A model generated the notes under the pieces. It worked only from the letters and a program-made list of their open reading frames with translations, made no database searches and was not told the origin of the DNA. Below, one piece after another: positions 11,709 through 22,125 of a stretch of 64,000 bases of DNA. How positions within the stretch are numbered: the first letter of the stretch is position 1; every line of letters begins with the position of its first letter. This stretch comes from an uncultured Phycisphaerales bacterium (lineage in GTDB: Bacteria > Planctomycetota > Phycisphaerae > Tepidisphaerales > Tepidisphaeraceae), in NCBI GenBank assembly GCA_963844715.1, contig CAWJPJ010000006.1, positions 992,001 to 1,056,000 of the forward strand, written 5' to 3'. The position numbers and the translations under genes are program-made.

Positions 11709-12865
11709 TCATTGACTGAGACATTCCCCCAGGGCATCCACCACGGCATTCTGCTGCTGAAGCGTCATCTCCGCAAAGAGTGGCAAACTGACGCACTGAT
11801 CGCCGATCCGCTCCGAAACAGGGAAATCCCCCTTCTTATAACCGAGGCTCTGATACGCCTCCTGTAAATGCAGCGGGACGGGATAGTGCAGCCCGGTGTG
11901 AACCCGCATCGATTCAAGCTTGCCTCGCAATTCATCGCGCTTCGGGTGCTGGATGACGAAAAGATGCCAAACATGCTTCCGATCCGGCACGGCCGTGGGG
12001 AGCTGAATCGGCAGCCCCGCCAGCAGCGACAGATACCGCTCGGCAAACCCGCAGCGCGTCTCCGTCCATCGATCCAGATGTTTGAGTTTCACGCCCAGAA
12101 CCGCCCCCTGAATGCCGTCCATGCGATAGTTGTATCCGATTTCCGCGTGATGATATCGCTGCCGCTGCGCATGATCGCGCAAGGCCCGCATGCGAGCCGC
12201 CACGGCGTCCTCGTTGGTGACGATCGCGCCCGCCTCGCCGAACGCCCCGAGATTCTTTCCCGGATAAAAGCTGAAGCATCCCGCCAAACCGGAATTCCCC
12301 ACGCCCTGGCCCCGATATTTGGCGCCATGCGCCGGGCGCAGTCTTCGATCAGCGGAATCCCCCGCCGGCGCGAAATCTCCATCAGCCCTTCCATGTCCGC
12401 CGGCTGACCGTACAGATGCACCGGAAGAATCGCCTTGGTGCGCGGCGTGATCGCCTTTTCCACCAGGGCCGGATCGATCGTGCACGTTCCCGGCTCGACA
12501 TCCACAAACACCGGCCTCGCGCCGCAGTAACTGATCGCCCAGCTCGTGGCGATAAACGTCATCGGCACCGTAATCACTTCGTCCCCGTAACCCACACCCG
12601 CGCAGATCAGCGCCAGATGCAGCGCGGACGTTCCCGAATTCACCCCAATGCAATGTTTCGAGCCGCAGTAGCGCGCAAACTCCTCCTCGAACGCCGCCGT
12701 CTTCGGCCCGAGGATGAAGCTGGCGTTTTCCAGCACCTCCCCGATCTCTTCCATCACCTGGGGAGCGATGCGCTGGTACTGCGTGCGCAGATCGGACAGC
12801 GGAACTTCGATGCGCTGGGCATCGGTTTTAGTCGCCGAATGTTTGACTTTGTCGGTGCTGATCAT
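11709..12865 (-). CDS. DegT-family aminotransferase, WbpE/WlbC-like (frameshifted)
   Basis: FILGP, VNSGTSALH, PVHLYGQ, FSFYPGKNLGAFGEAG, GYNYRMD. Confidence 0.9.
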
Positions 12866-12894
12866 AAAAACTGGTCTCCTACCCTTGGGTGGCT

Positions 12895-13407
12895 TTATCT
12901 CTTTCTCATGAAGCGCGCGGGACAACCGGCAACGACGGTATGCGGCTCCACATCGTGGGTAACCACGGCGCCGGCGCCGATCAAAGCCCCCTCCCCGATG
13001 GTGATTCCCCCCATAACAACCGCGCCGGAGCCAATTGAAGCGCCCCGGCACACGCGGGTTGGAATGCACTTCCAATCCGCTTCGCTCTGTAATTTTCCGT
13101 CTGTGGTCGCGCGGGGTCCAGGTCGTTGATGAACATCACGCCGTGACCGACGAACACTTCATCCTCGATCGTCACCCCTTCGCAAACGAACGTGTGGCTC
13201 GAAATCTTGCAGCGCTGCGCCAATCACCGCGTTTTTCTGAATCTCCACGAACGACCCGATGCGCGAATCGTCGCCGATGCGGCAGCCATACAAATTGACG
13301 AAGGAATATATCCCGACGTTCCGTCCTAGCTGAACATCAGGCGCGATGCGCAGAAAATTCGCCGGATCGGATCGAGGATGCCGCGGCTTTGCCGTTGCGG
13401 TTTCCAT
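12895..13407 (-). CDS. Hexapeptide-repeat acyltransferase, WbpD/WlbB-like (frameshifted)
   Basis: FVNLYGCRIGDDSRIGSFVEIQK, CKISSHTFVCEGVTIEDEVFVGHGVMFIND, VAGCPAR. Confidence 0.87.
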
Positions 13408-14448
13408 GGTTCTGATATCCCGAAAGCACGATTCGCCCGCCCTGACTCTTCAGGCTGCGATTGGCGGATTCGAGCATTTCGACGACCCGCAGGCCGAGCA
13501 GCCCGTCACTGATCGGCGTATGCCCGCCGCGGATGCAGTGGGCAAAATGCGCTGCCATTCCCTGCAACGCCTCGCTCGGCTCGATGTGCGGGCTCAGGCA
13601 ATCGCCGCTGCGATACTGGATCAGCATCTTCCGCCGATCCTCGTCGCGAATGGCGCCCTGCTCGGGAAGCTCGATCCCGCGGTCGTATACTTTCACCGGC
13701 TCGGTGCTGTTCAACTCGTTGAAGATGACGCTCTTCCGGCTGCCGGCGAAGATCATCTGCCGCACTTTTACCGGCGAGAGCCAGTTCACGTGGAAGCTCG
13801 CCAGCAACCGCTCGCCGAAGTCAACGTTGACGTAGGCGATGTCCTCGATCCCCGAATCGGTATGGCGCATCCGCATGCCGAGATGCTGCGCGCCTCCAAT
13901 CCGAGGACGTAATCCACGATCGACAGATCGTGCGGAACAAGGTCCCAGACCACGTTAATATCGTGCTGAAACAACCCGAGGTTTATTCGGACGCTATCCA
14001 CATAATAAATTTCGCCCAGCTCGCCCGAGTCCACGATCTGCCGAATCTTGCGGATCGCGGGGTTGAATAAATAGGTATGGTCCACCATCAGGACCCTGCC
14101 GGCCTTGGCCGCGATTTCGTTCAGGGCCTTGGCTTCCGCCACCGTCGCGGCCAGGGGCTTTTCAACCAGCACGTGCTTGCCCGCCTCCAGGCAGCGTTTG
14201 GCAAGCTCAAAATGCGTCGAAACGGGCGTGGCGATCGCCACGGCGTCCATGGGGTGCTGCAAAAATTCATCCACCGTTTTGGTGAGCTTCAAATGCGAAT
14301 ATTGCCGTCCGATTTTCGCCAGCCGCTCGGCATTGGCGTCGCAAACCGCGACCGCTTCCGTCGCCGCGCATGTCGAGAAGTTACGAATTAAATTCGGACC
14401 CCAATACCCGGCCCCGATTACCCCTATCCTCAATCTCTCATCGCTCAT
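13337..14448 (-). CDS. Gfo/Idh/MocA oxidoreductase, WbpB/WlbA-like (frameshifted)
   Basis: IGVIGAGYWG, HVLVEKP, VDHTYLF, WDLVPHDLS, HVNWLSPVK. Confidence 0.9.
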
Positions 14449-14471
14449 GACAACTTCTCCCGTCCTGTAAT

Positions 14472-15381
14472 TCAGATCTCGTCCGCAAACCGATCTTCAA
14501 TTCGTTGGAAATAGAGACATCCAATTAAAAGCAGGCAAAGTCCAAGCGCCGCGGCAGGCAGCGCGGCCGCCCAGGATATCGGACCGCCCACGCACGCCGC
14601 CCGAAACGCGCTGATCAGCCCGTTCATCGGGTTCAACGCAAGCAGCCATCCATAGTGCCCGAGTTTCGCCTGATCGACGTGCAAATAAACGCTCGGCGTC
14701 GCGAACATTCCGAATTGCAGCGCAAACTGCAGGCAGTATTTCACGTCGCGATAGCGAACCGTCAACGCCGCCGTAAACGTGCCGATGCCCGCCGCCGTCG
14801 CCGCGATCGCCAGCAGGAACAGCGGAGCCAGCACAATCTGCCCGCCGCCCCAGATCCCGTAATGGATCATCAGCAGACCCATCAAACCCATCGCCACGCA
14901 AAAATCGACCAGCGCCGTACTGATCGACGCGAGCGGAATCAGCAATCGCGGAAAATAGATCTTGGTGACCAAACGCTCCGAAGAAACGACGCTGTTCCCC
15001 GCGCTGTTGACCGCGGTGGAAAAGAACTGCCACGGCAACAACCCCGAATAAAAGAATAGCGCCGGCGGCAATTTCCCCGTGCTCGTTCCACCGATCTTCC
15101 AAAAGAAGACGGAGAACGCGAGCATCATCATCACCGGCTGCAGGATCGCCCACGCCGCGCCGAACACCGTCTGCTTATACGCGCACCTTCACGTCCCGCC
15201 AGGCGAGGAACATCAGCAGTTCGCGGCAGCGCCATACTTCCAGCAGCCGCGAGACCCGCCACCCGCTGGCGGGAACCAGGCGGAGGACTTCCCCCGTCTC
15301 CGCGCTCCGGGAGATCGGCGCGATCTCCGATGCCGGCGACGGCGCGGTGACGGTCATCGAATCGAGTTCGGCGGTTTCCAT
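14472..15381 (-). CDS. wzm: Polysaccharide ABC exporter permease (frameshifted)
   Basis: RELLMFLAWRDVKVR(YKQT)FGAAWAILQP, KIYFPR, RYRDV, LNPM, FADEI. Confidence 0.9.
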
Positions 15382-15405
15382 TTGAATACTCCAGGTCGAT
15401 AACGA

Positions 15406-16263
15406 TCAGCTACCCGTCGCACGCAATTCGATCGTGTCGTCGTCGAGCAACTCGATATCCTCATGTTCACGTTCGGCAGCGACACCGTGAGACTTGACCA
15501 GGAGCTTGCCCGTCGCCTTCAGCGTGGCGCCGGCAATATAGAAGCAGGTTCCCAGGATGATCCGCAGATCGAGCCAGGGGCTGACCTCACGGACGTAATA
15601 AAGGTCATACATTAACTTGCGGCGGACATGGTCCAGGTCCAGATCCGCAGGATGCTGGATCTGCGCGAACCCCGTCACGCCCGGCCGAACTTCCAATCGC
15701 TCGTTGTAGCGCGGAAGCCGGCGAAGGATGTCCTTCACCAGTTGCGGCCGCTCCGGCCGCGGGCCGATCAGGCTCATCTCGCAACGCAGCACGTTCACGA
15801 GCTGCGGCAGTTCGTCCAAATGCGTATCGCGGAGGAATCGCCCCACGCGCGTCACGCGCGAGTCGTTCGGCCCCGACCAGACCGCCCCGGTCGCCGCCTC
15901 GGCGTTATGCGACATGGTTCGAATCTTGTACATGTTGAACGGTTTTCCGAACCGCCCCAGGCGCGTCTGCCGATACAGCGCCGGTCCCGGCGAAGTGAGG
16001 CGTACCAGAATCAGCATCACCGCCATCAGCGGCGCCAGCGTGAAGAACAGCACCAGCGCGATCGTCCAATCCACCGCCATTTTCGCGGGGATATACCAGA
16101 CCCGGGCCGGCCGAACCGGCTCCACGATCTCAGGACGGGAATTCCCCTTGACCGGAGACCGAGAAGACTCGTCTCCGACCCGTAAAACCGCTTCGTTTGC
16201 CGAAGCTACGGAACCCACGTCCGCGGCCAAACTGCTTTCGCTTAACATGTGTGCATCTCCCAC
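15406..16263 (-). CDS. Priming undecaprenyl-phosphate sugar phosphotransferase
   Basis: YKIRTM, DSRVTRVGRFLR..LDELPQL..MSLIGPRPE, PGVTGFAQ. Confidence 0.92.
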   Translation of the reverse strand: MGDAHMLSESSLAADVGSVASANEAVLRVGDESSRSPVKGNSRPEIVEPVRPARVWYIPAKMAVDWTIALVLFFTLAPLMAVMLILVRLTSPGPALYRQTRLGRFGKPFNMYKIRTMSHNAEAATGAVWSGPNDSRVTRVGRFLRDTHLDELPQLVNVLRCEMSLIGPRPERPQLVKDILRRLPRYNERLEVRPGVTGFAQIQHPADLDLDHVRRKLMYDLYYVREVSPWLDLRIILGTCFYIAGATLKATGKLLVKSHGVAAEREHEDIELLDDDTIELRATGS

Positions 16264-16364
16264 TCTCTAAAAGGTCCCCCCATCGGGGACCTCGTGTCTC
16301 GGTTGGAGCCTCCGGGTCACCAACCGAAACACGAAACGTCTGTTACAAGCGGTCTGAAAACGTC

Positions 16365-18518
16365 TCAGGCCGCGCTTTGTTCTTGTTCGGGCAGCGAGGA
16401 CATGACCGACTCCACCAACGGCCCGAATCGCAACAGCCCGTCCGCGTCATCGTTGACCGGGCGGACCAGAAGATCGCGCGAGGACATGGGTCGAACCGAG
16501 CTGCCGTACGTCGACCGATGGAAATCCTTGTGCTTGGCGCGATTGAAAACAAAACCTTCGATTCGAGCGCCGATGGTTCGTAAGTAATGTGAAGTCTTTT
16601 CGACCAGTGCCGACTCTTGCCCGCGGGTAACCGTGACGATCACTCCGTCAACTTCCGGAGCGACCGTCGCCGCCTCGACGCTGCCCAGGATCGGGCCGCT
16701 GTCGATGAGCACCACGTCGAAATCCTGACGCAAACTCTGCAAAAACCGTCGAATGGACAGATGTGAAACTTTGCTTGCATAAAGAGCGTTCACGCGCCCG
16801 GCGGGAAGGAACCAGATGCCGGCGCGAGTCCGGCGGACGAACCGAAGCGGATCGCCGCCGTTCAGAGATTCGAAGAGCCCCAGTTCATCGCTCGCCCCCA
16901 GGCCGCGCGTCAGAGCCCGCCCCACCATATCAAAGTCAACCACCAGCGTGCGCGACCCCGAGGCCGCGAACGATAGCCCCAATGCCATCGTCAAACTGGT
17001 CTTGCCTTCTCCCGAGCACGAACTGGTGAGCAAATAATTTCGTGATTCGCCGCGCGCCGCCACCTGAAGCATGACCCGCATCTGGTGCACGCACTGCGCC
17101 GCCCCGGCCGCAACTTCCGGATCCTCCAGCCGCATCGGTAGCGCCGGCAAAATTCCCAAAAGCCCCGCCTGGCCCGCGATATCAACTTCCGCTTCGTCCG
17201 AATATCGATGACGCGGGCGAACGAGGCTCAAGAGCACCAACAGAGCCGTCGGAAGCGCGGCGCCGAAAATCGCGCCGGCGGCCGCGAACATCTTGCGCCG
17301 ATCGCGGAATGCTTGAAGCGGAACGTCTCCGTCGCTGATGATTTCGAGACGCGACTCGGCCGATTCCAGCTTCAAAGCCTCCGTGCGCTCGGTGGTTTCC
17401 GCCAATTCCTTGCGAACCGCCGCGGCGTCCGATTCCAGACGCTCCAATTTCAATTTCAACGCGTCATCCGAGAGAATTTCCTGGGTCTGAGTCGGCGCCG
17501 AGGGATCGCTCGAAGTGCTGTCCGGCTCGCCCGACGTCAAACCCGGCCCGCCCGCCATACCCACCGATCCGCTGAGGTCCGACGGCCCGCCGCCGGCGAC
17601 CCCGCGCAACTCACTGCACTCCTCCTGCAACTGGGCGATGATCCGTTTCAGCCGGTCCAGAGAAAACTTCACTTCCTGAACCTTCGGATGCGCCTCCATG
17701 TACCCTTCCTGGCGCAACTCATCGAGCGCGTCTTCCAGACGCGATTGCTGAACCATGTCGTCGTGCAACATCTGCTCCGCGACGCCCAGGCGATCCGAGA
17801 CCAGCAGCTTTCGCTGATCCATGTTGCTCGTCGTCGCCGAGTCGGTCAGCAGAAGCTTGTCCGCCGACGACTGAATGTCGTCGAGGCGCGACTGCAACTC
17901 GCCCGCATGCGCGTCCAGAACGGCCATGCGCGTCTCAAGCATCTTGCGATCTTCCGCGTCATATTCAGTATGGAACGCCTTCACGACCGCCTGCACGACG
18001 CTCGCCGCAGAGAGCGGATCCGTGTCGATATAAGTCACTCGCAGATGCTCATCGCCGGGGGCGTGCGTGACATCCAGATTACTGGCAACGTCCAATAATT
18101 CGTCCGACGAAACCTCCTGCCCGCCGTTGAGACTTGTCAGCGCCGCTTCAAGCACCGAGCGGCTGCTCATTCGCAGCGCTTCGGTTCGCATGTACGATTC
18201 GAACATCGCCATCGGCGCGTTCTGATCCGTTTCACTGATAATCGGGGGAAGCTGATAGGCGATCCGCACCAGCGCTTCGCTCTTGAACAGCGGCTTCTCG
18301 TAGAAATACCCCACCGCCGCGAAAACAACCGCGCAGATAATGCTGATGGTGATCACCCAACCCATTCGCCCTCGCAGCGAACGGCGAAGGACAAGCATCG
18401 GATCAAACTGCGGATCGTCTGCTTCCGGCGCCGCCGCCGCGGGACGCGCGTGCATCGGCATATCGATGACGCGATCCCGGCTGGGGACCATTGCATTTGG
18501 ATTGGGAAGCTCTCGCAT
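16365..18518 (-). CDS. wzc: Wzc/GumC-type polysaccharide co-polymerase with BY-kinase domain
   Basis: Two TM segments flanking a coiled-coil periplasmic region, then SSCSGEGKTS, VVDFD and LIDSGP. Confidence 0.85.
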   Translation of the reverse strand: MRELPNPNAMVPSRDRVIDMPMHARPAAAAPEADDPQFDPMLVLRRSLRGRMGWVITISIICAVVFAAVGYFYEKPLFKSEALVRIAYQLPPIISETDQNAPMAMFESYMRTEALRMSSRSVLEAALTSLNGGQEVSSDELLDVASNLDVTHAPGDEHLRVTYIDTDPLSAASVVQAVVKAFHTEYDAEDRKMLETRMAVLDAHAGELQSRLDDIQSSADKLLLTDSATTSNMDQRKLLVSDRLGVAEQMLHDDMVQQSRLEDALDELRQEGYMEAHPKVQEVKFSLDRLKRIIAQLQEECSELRGVAGGGPSDLSGSVGMAGGPGLTSGEPDSTSSDPSAPTQTQEILSDDALKLKLERLESDAAAVRKELAETTERTEALKLESAESRLEIISDGDVPLQAFRDRRKMFAAAGAIFGAALPTALLVLLSLVRPRHRYSDEAEVDIAGQAGLLGILPALPMRLEDPEVAAGAAQCVHQMRVMLQVAARGESRNYLLTSSCSGEGKTSLTMALGLSFAASGSRTLVVDFDMVGRALTRGLGASDELGLFESLNGGDPLRFVRRTRAGIWFLPAGRVNALYASKVSHLSIRRFLQSLRQDFDVVLIDSGPILGSVEAATVAPEVDGVIVTVTRGQESALVEKTSHYLRTIGARIEGFVFNRAKHKDFHRSTYGSSVRPMSSRDLLVRPVNDDADGLLRFGPLVESVMSSLPEQEQSAA

Positions 18519-18741
18519 TTCTTCTCACCCACTCAGCAGCACGATCAGCGATCGCGCTGACAATATAATACCCGACTCCAAGCCACTCGGTTGCAGCGAA
18601 TTGTTGCAGTTTTGCTCAACTCGCCACGCTACTTGTTTTATCTAGGCTCCGCCCCCTTCGACTGCACGCCAAATTACCTGCGCAGTCTATCTCCTACATC
18701 TTGCCCAGTTATACGATCGGTTCGCTGCGAGAACGGCCCTG

Positions 18742-19292
18742 TCACACCGGGTCAAGAAGCGCGGCATCTATCTCCAGTCCGACCGCTCGGGCCAACATCT
18801 CCACCTGAAGGATCAGGCGATCGGCACGAGTGCGACTTTCAATGACGCCTTGCAACCCGCGGAACGGGCCAGACCTGACTTCCACCCGCGTCCCTTCCCT
18901 GAGGAAGGGGTGCGGGGCAAGTTCCGCATCGCAACTTAACGCGGTGCGGATATTCTCCAGCTCCCACTCGATCTGTTTCTGGTTCGACACTTTAATTATG
19001 CTCACCACTCGCTTGGTCCGATCGGCGAGGTACGCATCGTCGAGCGATCCAAGCAAAAACACGTATCCAGGAAACAGCGGTAATTCCAAATTCGATTTTC
19101 GTCTGCCGTAATATCGAGTCTGTCGCATGAGCGGCAGATAGTTCACGATGCCCATTGCTGTTAAATCGTCAGACAGCTGCTTTTCTTGCCTGCTCTTTAC
19201 ATAGAGCAGGTGCCACAGCGCCCCGGCTTTTGACCGGCCTGAAAGCCGTAGCTTCCGCGCTGAAGCGCAACGTCCGCTGTCTGTGAAAACAT
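18742..19292 (-). CDS. UpxY/RfaH-like NusG-paralogue transcription antiterminator
   Basis: WHLLYVKSRQEK, PLFPGYVF and KOW motif VEVRSGPFRGLQG; first gene of the polysaccharide locus; start uncertain. Confidence 0.87.
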
Positions 19293-19853
19293 CTCCATCC
19301 CATCCTGAGCACCGCTGCACCGATCGACCCCCAAATTATGATCGCTGACAGCTCAGATATCGCGGCATGCTCCTTTGCCAACTGAACGCTCCTGTGACTG
19401 ACCATCTGGCAGACTAGAAATGATTCCTTCCGAACCCTAACCCACGTTGGTCCACGTACGATATTGATACACCAATTCCGGGTGACTGTCTATACCATTT
19501 TCACGCGGGAGATTATCGAACCTTACGCGTTCTGCCAAGCGGTCTCATCACCCGTGTCCAGTAATTTCTTGGACAACAAACCGCAGTCCGGGTTTGTAGC
19601 AGCCCCTTTTTCGTTTATGCCGTTGGGAGCGGATATGTCTAGCCAACTCAATTCGATCGTGATTCGCACCGCCTGGGATAGTTGGGGAATCAAAACTGCC
19701 GTTGCAAACTTTGCAGTATGGGAGGACGCCGACGCCGGGCTGTGGAAGGTACTTTGCCGGCATACTATTTCCTTCGTCACTTGCCCTGCCGAATAAATCC
19801 GCTACCTTCGCCGGACTTTAACGCACTACTAAACAAATAACTGGAGATTCTCG

Positions 19854-21021
19854 ATGTCGCTGATCGCCCCACATGGTGGAAAACTCGTTGACCGCATTCT
19901 GCCCGCCGCCGCCCGCGCCCAGGCCGAGAAGGAAGCCGCATCCCTGCCAAGCCTCACTTTGTCTGTACGCGAACAATTCGATCTGGAAATGATTTCCATC
20001 GGTGCATTCTCACCCCTTGAAGGATTTATGGGCTCTGCGGACTTTGAGTCCGTCTGCGCAAAGATGCGCCTGGTCAACGGAACCGTTTGGCCCATCCCCG
20101 TCGTTCTCTGCCCGCCGGCAGATGAGGCGCAAAAGATAAGCGCTGGTCAAAAAGCTGGCGCTCCGCGATTCCAAGGGCCGCCTCCTCGCCCTCCTCCACG
20201 TCCAGGAGAAATTTCCACACAATAAAGATTTGGAAATCCCCAACGTCTATCGTACGACGGATGAAGCGCATCCCGGCGTCGCGATCGTGAAGAAGCAGTC
20301 CGACATCTGCCTCGCCGGACCCATCGACGTGATCGCTCCGACCTACGAGCCGGAGTTTGCTGACTATCGTCTCCCCCCCGCCCAGACGCGCCAGGCCTTC
20401 GCGCAGCGCGGCTGGAGCACCGTCGCCGCTTTTCAAACTCGAAATCCCATTCACCGCTCCCACGAATATCTCACCAAATGCGCCCTCGAAATGACCGACG
20501 GCTTGCTCATTCATCCCCTCGTCGGCGAAACCAAGTCCGACGATATCCCCGCCGCCGTCCGCATGGATTGTTACAAAACGCTCATCGACGGCTATTACAA
20601 TAAAGACCGAACGATGCTCACGGTCATGCCCCTGGCCATGCGCTATGCCGGCCCGCGCGAAGCCGTCTTGCATTCCCTGATCCGCAAGAACTACGGCGTC
20701 ACCCACTTCATCGTCGGCCGAGATCACGCCGGCGTCGGAAACTATTACGGCACCTACGACGCACAAAAGATCTTCGACCAGTTCGACATGCCTCGCGATA
20801 TCGGCGTGACGATCCTCAAATTTGAGCACACCGCCTGGTGCAAAGCTTGCGCGGCGGTCGTCTCCCCAAAAACCTGCCCGCACGGCCCCGATCAGAAAAT
20901 CGCCCCCAGCGGAACCAAAGTCAGGGAGATGCTCAAAGCCGGCCAGCGTCCCCCGCCAGAATTCGCCCGCCCGGAAATCGCCGATATCCTGATCAAATGG
21001 GCCCAGTCCGCCAATAGTTAG
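19854..21021 (+). CDS. sat: Sulfate adenylyltransferase (frameshifted near 20160)
   Basis: LIAPHGGKL, GAFSPLEGFM, AFQTRNPIHRSHEY, MRYAGPREA, FIVGRDHAG. Confidence 0.95.
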
Positions 21022-21110
21022 CGGGCGAGCGCAGCTCGGCGTTCGCTGCGGCGCAAAAATCGTTTTACGTTCACGGAATTCGCGCTCTCTGGTATAGTCG
21101 CCCGCCACGT

Positions 21111-21650
21111 ATGAGCGGACCGATCTACTACCAGCCCAGCCCGCCCCCAAGCCGTCAAAGCTGGGCAGGCGTGCTGGTTCTCGCCTGCCTCGCCATAGGT
21201 CTTCTCGCCGCCATGCTGGAAATGGAGCGCGCCCGAGCCAATTCCGAGCGCGATTACGCCAGAGTCACCTCGACCACGTACGTCCTGCAACAAGCCCGGC
21301 TCGAGGATCTCGGGAAAAATCTTGCTGACGGAAATACCCGCATCGTTCATCTCCAATCGTCGGGAATCGCGCAATCCGCCGGCGCCGCCCTGGCCCTGAA
21401 CCAGAACCTGCATTGGGGAGCGCTATTCTACGACGGCCTGGCACCCCTGGACGGCGCAAAACCTTACGAAATCTGGGCCATCGGCGCCGGCGGAGCCGCC
21501 ACCGAACTGTCCGCCGTCGCCCCTGAATCGGGCGTCAGCGTCTACCCCTTCTCCTGGACCGGCGACCCCGGCCCCATCGGGCGGATCGAAATTAATTCCG
21601 GAGATCGCGCCGCCGGGGCTGCCTTGATATTCAACGGCTCGCTACAATAG
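21111..21650 (+). CDS. Single-TM protein with RskA-like (anti-sigma-K) C-terminal domain
   Basis: TM, coiled coil, then 'GLAPLDGAKPYEIWAIG', resembling the RskA 'LP..YQLW' signature. Confidence 0.55.
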   Translation: MSGPIYYQPSPPPSRQSWAGVLVLACLAIGLLAAMLEMERARANSERDYARVTSTTYVLQQARLEDLGKNLADGNTRIVHLQSSGIAQSAGAALALNQNLHWGALFYDGLAPLDGAKPYEIWAIGAGGAATELSAVAPESGVSVYPFSWTGDPGPIGRIEINSGDRAAGAALIFNGSLQ

Positions 21651-21672
21651 AACTAACCAACCCGAGGCTTTT

Positions 21673-22125
21673 ATGGTCGTTGCCACCTTTACCGAAAAGC
21701 CGTACAAGAATCCGGCGGTCCCCGCCAATAAATTGCCCGATCCGATTTATTCCCGGGGTTATTACAGTTTCTATCCGACCGAAACCTGGACGCCTAACGT
21801 CAATCTGTATGAAACCGACGGGTGCTACGTCGTGTGCGTGGACCTGGCGGGCGTGGAAAAGCAAAAGATTGACTTGGAAGTCAACGACGGTCATCTGGTC
21901 CTGCGCGGAAAGCGATCGGTACCGATCCCCGCCGACCCGGCCGCGCCTTCCGACGCCTCCCAGCCGCGCGTGCGCGTCCACCTGATGGAGATCGATCACG
22001 GCGCGTTCGCACGCGACGTCGATCTACCCAAGGACGTCCTTCACGATAAAATTACCGCCCGACACGAGAATGGGCTGCTTTGGATCGAATTGCCCAAAAA
22101 TAAATCCCACCGCAGACATGGCTGA
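21673..22125 (+). CDS. Hsp20/alpha-crystallin small heat-shock protein
   Basis: PNVNLYET..VDLAGV..LVLRGKR..EIDHGAFAR..LP..NGLLWIELPK. Confidence 0.9.
   Translation: MVVATFTEKPYKNPAVPANKLPDPIYSRGYYSFYPTETWTPNVNLYETDGCYVVCVDLAGVEKQKIDLEVNDGHLVLRGKRSVPIPADPAAPSDASQPRVRVHLMEIDHGAFARDVDLPKDVLHDKITARHENGLLWIELPKNKSHRRHG

Noticed and set aside
19365..19382. TGGCA..TGC sigma54-like site upstream of the antiterminator
   Set aside because: GG-to-GC spacing is 11 nt rather than the required 10
19464..19796. Short ORFs in the upxY-sat gap
   Set aside because: No recognisable motifs and atypical composition; more likely a divergent promoter region
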